A DNA stretch of 64,000 nt from Chrysomallon squamiferum (Eukaryota; Animalia; Mollusca): assembly GCA_012295275.1 (NCBI GenBank), contig CM022669.1:14756001-14820000 (forward strand). The letters are read 5' to 3'. Positions 56,256-64,000 of this stretch are shown here, piece by piece; position 1 is the first letter of the stretch, and each line of letters begins with the position of its first letter. The notes under the pieces were generated by a model. The model saw nothing but the letters and a program-made list of their open reading frames with translations, did no database searches and was not told the origin of the DNA. The translations under genes were made by a program, and so were the position numbers.

Positions 56256-56545
56256 AAGTAGCAGAAGAAGAAGAAGAGAGAGAAGAAGTAGTAGAAGAAG
56301 TAGTGATAGTAGTAGAAGAAGTAGTAGTAATAGTAGTATAAGAAGCAGAAGAAACAAGAGAGTAAAAGAAGAAGAAAAAAGGAGAAGAAAAGGTAGAAGA
56401 AGAAGAAGAAAAAGAAGAAAAAGTAGACGAAGAAGAAAGAAGAAAAAGCAGTAGACAAAGAAAAATATAAAAGTCAAAGAAGAGAATAAAGAAATCAAAA
56501 GAAGAAGAAAAATGGAAGAGGAAGAAAGAGAAGAAGAAGAAGGAC
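56256..56545. repeat. Purine-rich (AGA/AGT)n low-complexity tract
   Basis: Directly visible. Confidence 0.88.
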
Positions 56546-56755
56546 AAGCCCACAGATGTACGTGACATGCGCAGTGTAATTTATCATGAAGTGTGACAGG
56601 AGTGTTTACAATGTATTTCTACGGTACAATGCAGTTCTACATCGAGCATACATCACCGACAGAATACGTGTGTTATTGATACATCACTGACTTCCAGACT
56701 GAGTTACATCATCTTTCAGCCAGTGGACGCTGTCTTTCTTATTTAGATATGTATA

Positions 56756-56799
<44 letters not shown>

Positions 56800-56902
56800 A
56801 AATTTAAGTTTATTTCATCTTAGAGGTTGTTACGTATGTTTATACTATACTAGGCTGAGTTATATTATCTTTCAAATAGTGGCCCTCATTTTTCTTATTT
56901 AC

Positions 56903-56937
<35 letters not shown>

Positions 56938-59811
56938 TACACATATAAAATTTAAGTTTATTTCATGTTAGAGGCAGATGCACATAACTATTTTTTCGAT
57001 AACATTATTCATCAACTTAGTTTACATTATAAAATTTGTCAGAAATCGGTTCAAGATATTACCGTGGCGCTATTTGAAACGTGACTGATTTATATATTTA
57101 CGAAGCACTAGAAAAATGTTTACGTTACTGTTAAATGGAAGCATTTCGTAACAAAAATATAGGAAGGAAAGAAAGAAAAAAAAAAAAAAAAAAAAAAAAA
57201 ACTTGTTTTATACATCACTTTAGTCCAAACAGAATTTTCAAGATTTGAACATATCTTTCTACGACATGACGTCATAAAAATGTCAGCGTTTGCGTATCTT
57301 CGTTAACTTGTTATTTTATTGAAATACAGATGATAGTTAGAAATAAAATTTTAAAAACCCCCAGATATTTTAATGTATACTAAAATACATTTATGCTATT
57401 AGCACTTACACCCACAGTTTTGATGTTGTTACATTTTCTTTGCACACATAACTGTCTGAAAGATCTTGAAGTGGCAGAAATTGAGACAAAACAAACAAAA
57501 ACAAAAACAAAAATAACAAAAAAACACATACATTTACAGCTATAAAATAACGAAAAGATTCATCCACATGGTAATTCAAAAAAAAAAAAAGAAAAAAGAA
57601 AAGAAAGAAAAAACAGGAGAATATAACAGTTAACGATGAAATAACAAACACACACTCACACACACACACACACACACACACACATGCACACAAAAATGCA
57701 TTTCTTCAACGATGATAAATTTTGTTACAAACATTTTAAATTCTGATCATTATTTAGTGTCATGCTGTTCACAGATATTTATGATGCTTTCACAAGAGTT
57801 CTACAAGGCTTTTATGGGGGAAAAGGTATCTTAATTTGAAATTTCTTTCAGAAACCTCTGAAGTCCAATGCACTTTATCTAATCAAACACCTGCCACAAA
57901 TCACGCTCATAAAGGCCAGAATAGATTAATGTCTTACTTTTAATGTGATATGCATTCAGAAAAGAAAAAATATAAACACACACACACAAACACACACACA
58001 CACACACACACAAAACACAAACACAAACACACATACACACACACATATAGAAAGAGACTCAAAAAAGAGCGTGTTTGCTTTGTCTTTTTTTTTTTTTTTT
58101 ACGTGTCTGTATATATGAAAAAAATAAACAGACGAAAGAGGGAGAGAGAGAGAAGGGGGGGAAATGGAAAAAGAGACAGAGAGACAGACAGGCAGACAGC
58201 GAGAGACCTATTTTTCTATGTAATAACAAAAGTAGTAAATGTAATAGCTGCAGCAGTTGCTTTAATGATAGAAGTATTTTCACATAGAAATGCTGAAAGT
58301 AGAAACAGCAGTGGTAGTGATAGCAATAACAGAAGTAAAATTACTAATAGTAGTTTTTGTAAAATAAAATAAATACAAAATTTAAGAAAAAGACATAAAA
58401 CTAATCATTCTTGCTGAATTATTAATACAAAATTCGGTCATTTAAAAAAAAAAAAAAAACCCAAAATCCAACAAACAAGTTCCATATATTCAAACCAAAG
58501 CATCCAAAGCCTGCCTGTAATTATACTAAAACAAACTCTGACATAAATCTCTGACATAACCATGCAATTAACTGTTTTTAATAACTCTCATTGTCTTTTT
58601 CCTATTACTCTTCTAACTGAATAACCTCAGTTACTCCGTTAAGGAGACAAAGCATCTGAACGACAAGGACTTTGTAGTAATAATACGGAATGACAACACA
58701 CATTTTTGTTCTGAATAAATAATTGCCCGCACGGAATACGAGCGATGTTTGATATGACTTAATTTGACAGTTCCCATGGCTTCCTGCAGCTCTCGATAAA
58801 ACAAGAAAAATGGAAATAAATTAAATTAAGAAAGAAAGAAAAAGAAGACGAATGCTGAAAAAGGACCTAAAATGTTCTGCTTTTAATGATCCACGTTTAT
58901 TAAAAGGAAATATTAGTGGCAGTAGTAATAGTAATAGAAACAGTGATAGTGGTAGTAGTAGTAGTAGCAGTCGTATTGAATGTAGTAGTAGTGGTTATGG
59001 TGCTACTAGCTTTCTAGTGATATGGCTGTATTAGAAGCTGCAGTAGTGGTAATAGTATTAGTAGTAGAGTAGACGCAGTTTTAGGTGTAGTAGTGACAGT
59101 TTTGTGATAGTAATAGAAGTACTAGTAGAAGCAGTATAGTGAAATATTTACTGTATAGTAGAAAAATTTTATATCAATAACAGCATTAGTATTTGTACAG
59201 CAGCAGCATAAAGAACAGAAATGGTGTGAGAAGAGTTAGTCTGTATTGTTTTAAAATTCAACACAGAAAAAAAACAAAGAGTAAATAATAACACTAGTCT
59301 TTCAAGTACTTTTGTAATGGTATTTAAATCTCTGTATTGTCTGTGTTCTAGAAATCATATGTAAAATGTGAGTTCTGTATTTAATTCGCAGTTTTCTTTG
59401 TAATTCGGTAAACAGTATTCGTTTCAGAATTATAATTGTTTTACCACCGAGAAAGCACACCACCCTCTTTCTGTTTCTATTCCTTTGTCTTTCTGCCGTT
59501 TTCTCCGTTCATCTTTCCAGTATCGTCTTCAAGGAGCGAGGATATCGATGTTATTTCAAATCTATGTTCCTTCAGCTGAGGAAATAGAGGTCTGACCTAG
59601 CTAATAAAGATTGCTTTCGTCCATTAGCAAGCACAAATACATTCCGCAACCAGTGACATACATAGCGCCATCGAAATTCGTTTTCAGTCGTCTCTGGAGA
59701 AACATTATCATACGTAACGAGGTGATGATGTTCTGCATTCTGCCGTACGCTGAGGAAGAGTGTTCTGTTACGTCTAAAACGAAATAACACAAATTGTGTG
59801 TATGTCTGTGT

Positions 59812-59962
<151 letters not shown>

Positions 59963-60783
59963 ATTCAAATTAAGATCATGGTCACTGACATAGCGAATAT
60001 CAATAAAAGAAGTTATGGCGTTTTAATAAAAAAAGTTAGAAGAACATTTTCCAGTCAACAAAAAGGATCGTGTATCTGTAACGGGAAAAACAGAAAATTC
60101 TGACAGCAATCTAATATCGTCTTTCGTAAACAAAAGAATCCGGATTCGACTGTTTGACATCTGACAGCTTTGCACGTAAAAAGAGAGCACTTCCAATAAT
60201 CATAGCCCAGCCTTTGTTAGTTTTTAATATGAACCGTCTAACATTACGTTAACTCAAGAGAATTAAAAAACCAACCCGTTAATAATCCTAGTTACATTAC
60301 CCTTTAACGTCCAGTGAAATATGGGTATAATAAAAATTATTTCTTTTAAATTAATTTTTTTTTTTTTTTTTTTTTTTTTAAATATGTGTTTTCTGCTCGT
60401 TAATGTCAAAGCGTTCTCTGAAAGAATGTCAAAGGCGTTTTCAAGCGGCTGTTTGTAACGTGATATATGTTCTCTTCAGAAAGAATGTTTCAAGCCAGAT
60501 GGGCGAGAAGTAACTGGATAAAATTCTTTAGTAAAAGAGACCGTGTAAACATTTGCGCTCTTTGATTTGACTCGTCTACAACAGCGCAGTCGCTTAATTT
60601 ACAGTCGTATCATTTGCTATAATTTGTAAGATTTGTTTATTTCTTCCTTTCATACGGCCACGTCGTTTTTGTCGTCTTTGTCTCGTTTAAATCCAAAAAT
60701 CCATAATTTGAAATCTATAACTGATCTTCGTATATTGATTATTCTGGACATTAGACTTGTTGGATAGGATCATCTTACAGAGT

Positions 60784-60818
<35 letters not shown>

Positions 60819-61651
60819 TTTTTTCTTTCTCTCTCTCTCTTCATTTTTTCTCGTTTTTTTTTTCGAACTTTTCACGTCCATTTCTTATTTCTCCCAATGG
60901 TATCTTTTGATAATAAATATCTTTTATTGTTATTATTTTCAAAATATTAAAGTTTTTCAAAAATATAAAATACTATTCACCTATCTAGCTTGTTAAATTA
61001 AACTATTTAAATCGCTCATTTAGTCATTCAGAATAAAGTCTATGTTTGAATTCAAATACGACAAACAAAAAAAAAAAAAAAAAGTTTTAATAATAATAAT
61101 AATAAGCTGTAAAGAAGGTTCTGAGGATTCGACAGAAACAATAAAACAAATTGAAAAAGTTGCATATATTGAATTATTTCACTGAATGAATTTACGTACG
61201 AGTTCTCGGAACATATTCCCATTCAATAAAACTTCGTTTTCCAACTTCTGGACTTTGATACTAATACGATACAAATTATACTGGTGATTACATAATGCTT
61301 TGATATTCTAGAATTGAGCCATAAAGAAAAATTCAGAGAATTCAAAGGGCCTATAAATAACACCTTCATAAGACTGGTGATCCTTTTTCTTTTTCTTCTT
61401 CTTCTTTTGAACTGAAGTTTCTAATCAGAAGTTTCCAGGGATTCGAGTGCTCACAAAAGTTGTGTCGAGTCGATCGTTTTTGTTTTGATTCAGATTCTGA
61501 TTCGCCAACTTTATTGACAGCGAAGGATATTTTGTATCGTCTTGTTAACGCTCTGTTGAAATCGCAGGATGTAAAAGTGGTGTTGAAGTAGAAAGAATAA
61601 ATAAACTGAATAGAGTTACTGACAACAATTGTTTTTTTTTGCGTTCTCGCT

Positions 61652-61655
<4 letters not shown>

Positions 61656-61718
<63 letters not shown>
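61656..61718. repeat. (GT)n microsatellite
   Basis: Directly visible. Confidence 0.96.
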
Positions 61719-61719
<1 letters not shown>

Positions 61720-64000
61720 CGTATGCTATTTTTTTCATATTTGTTTGTTTAGATAGTACATATTTTTAATTCTTTTTATTAATATTAATTTCGATTTGTC
61801 CACTATGGCTGATTTGTTTGCCGATGTCGATAGACAAGAAATAGGTTTACAACAATAATTCCTTTCTATCCTCGAACCTGTTTTTAAAAGCATTGCCTAT
61901 TTATTCTATTCTGGCACTGGAAGTAAAGCAATGAAAGGATCTCAACGAATCTGCATTATGGTGACATTTAATGACAGTAACTGTGCAAAAAGACTATTAT
62001 GTCTACAGCTGCGATTGTAATAAAGTGTAAAAGTGCAGAGTGACCTTTGCTGTATATACTTCTTAAACTCATCTGCGAAATTGTAACCTCGTACGATAAT
62101 AAAAATAAATAGCACAGGCTCGTATGATAGGAAAAATAAATATATCAGTATATTACTGTCAGTTTTCAAGCAATTATTTTTTTTTTCAAACTTTCCACAA
62201 GTAAATATTAATTTAAGTTTTTAAACTATGTGTGCGGTATATGTGTCGATGTGCTTAGGTGCACAGGTAGATCTGTGACTGTTCGTGTATTTAAGTGTTG
62301 AATACGCAGTGTATGTTCTTGTGGGTGATAGTGTTTAAGTGTATTTGTATGTGTGTCTCTGCTTATGTGTATTTTAGTGTACATATTTGAGTATGTATGC
62401 TTTTACATTTTTAATGTATACAAGTGCATATGCATGCACATTTTTAGTGTGTACATGTTGTGCGTGCGTTTGTGTGTGTGTGAGTGTGTGTGAAGAAAGA
62501 GGTGTATTTCGTTTGATCACCATCAAATCTTATCCAAAGGTAAATTATATTTTCATCTTCTTCTCAAACTCTCTTTACTATCACGCAACAGGTGTATACT
62601 GTCTGATAAAAAAAACACAAAAAAACTTGAAGAAAAAGAAAGGGGGAAAAAGTCATTATGTAAAACAGTTGTTTGCAATATCGTTTTATGCAAGCTTTTA
62701 AAAATAACGAAATATCATGGAGAGCCAAAAAAAAAAAAAATGTAACAAAAACTGAGATGCTTAGATGATAATTGTTTCATCAACGTTGTTTCTCCTGCTT
62801 TGATCGCTAGGACTGGTGTACAATGTACACTGTAAATCTGCTTACTGAGTACTTCCAACTCCCAGAGAGCGAGTACCTCCTGTAAACAGAGTAATCGGAA
62901 AAGATAAGATATTGGTTTGAAAGAAAATTATTCTGGTTACACACGAATGAAAGATTACGATCCAGGTTGAATCAAGTGATGCAGGAAATGTATTCAACAC
63001 AAGTTGATGACAATATTAAAAATGGTTTTGATATTAGCTTGGAGCTTGGTTTTAGATCAATTATTGCTGTTTGTTTTGGGCTTTTTTGTTACTGTTGGGT
63101 TTAACTATTCTTACAGTAACCATTCATGCACGAGTTCTTATTTTTGATTGTTTAGATTTAGATCAAATATAGGATTGTTAAATATTTTGATTTGTAATAT
63201 TTTATTGTATCTTATGGCATTCTTTCTGAATGTGTCTGCTTGTGGGTGTGTTGTGTTGTGTTTGTATGCTAGTTTTAATAAACGTAGTAGATAACCTTTA
63301 TCTTTCCAAAAAAATAAAATATTTTAAATATATATACTTAAAACCAGTTTCCGTTCTCACTATAATAAAGTTTGCAGCTGATAAAAAAGGGAAAAATAAA
63401 ACGGCTCTTATATAAAAACTGTTCAGAGAGAAAAACGCTATTGTCTTCAGTGCGCCAGATTATACAGGTGCCTACCACTGATATAAAGATTGCAAAATGA
63501 TTTTACCGTATTTCCCATTAGAAACGAAATGCATTTTTGTTTTCGTAGTCTGTTCACATGCTAAATAAATCAGTAGGTTTGATACAATTTTTGAACGCAT
63601 TCACACCATGTCTGCATACATAAAATAACAGAATTAATCCTGGGGGTTCGTTTATATTTTAGGATTTGGCAGGTTTTTTTTTTTTTGTTAATCTTAAGAA
63701 AATATTTATATATACCATGTGTACTTTTAAAAGTCTGTCATATTAAGTGCAACATGTGGGTTTTTTTAATAGTTGTTATCCAAGTACAATACCTCCAAAA
63801 AAAACACAAAAAAAAAAAAAAAAAAAACATCCCCTGAAAGGCAAATGACATAATATTTTTTTTTATGGAATATTTTATTTTATACTCGAAAAATTAAATA
63901 ATCTCTTTGTTGCTTATATTTTATCTGTACCAATCAGAGCCTAAATTTTAAGAAAACATTTTTATTATGCAGGCCGCGTATGAAAAACTTTAGAAGCTTT

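Noticed and set aside
56173-56454. Arg/Ser/Lys-rich 93-aa ORF resembling a protamine or SR protein
   Set aside because: Derived from an (AGA/AGT)n tract, starts at GTG, and lacks gene context.

Overview
Eukaryotic (metazoan), AT-rich and very microsatellite-rich DNA with GT-AG introns. The repeat landscape suggests a mollusc, probably an octopod cephalopod, but this is inference. The first 4.6 kb hold the only securely identifiable genes. One is the first coding exon of a LOTUS/OST-HTH domain protein (TDRD5/TDRD7-like, - strand, running off the left edge), with a decayed Sola2-like DNA transposon in its intron. Head-to-head with it is a complete 5-exon CIAO2A/FAM96A gene (+ strand, 177 aa). 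A CpG-enriched promoter-like region at about 13.9-14.5 kb ends in a short candidate first coding exon (MSVNI, donor AG|GTGAGC). The following ~50 kb contain no recognisable protein domain and most likely form a giant 5' intron region. Within it I found candidate alternative first exons that all end in phase 2, a chain of frame-compatible short exons/microexons (53, 7, 8, 29 nt), possible recursive AG|GT sites, a dense CACGTG E-box cluster, a phased 41-bp CCAAT repeat, a recurring TTCGTCTGCT motif, and inverted (CT)n/(AG)n pairs. These are hypotheses from sequence patterns only. Almost all ORFs in the supplied track are microsatellite artefacts. No rRNA, tRNA, CRISPR or prokaryotic system is evident.
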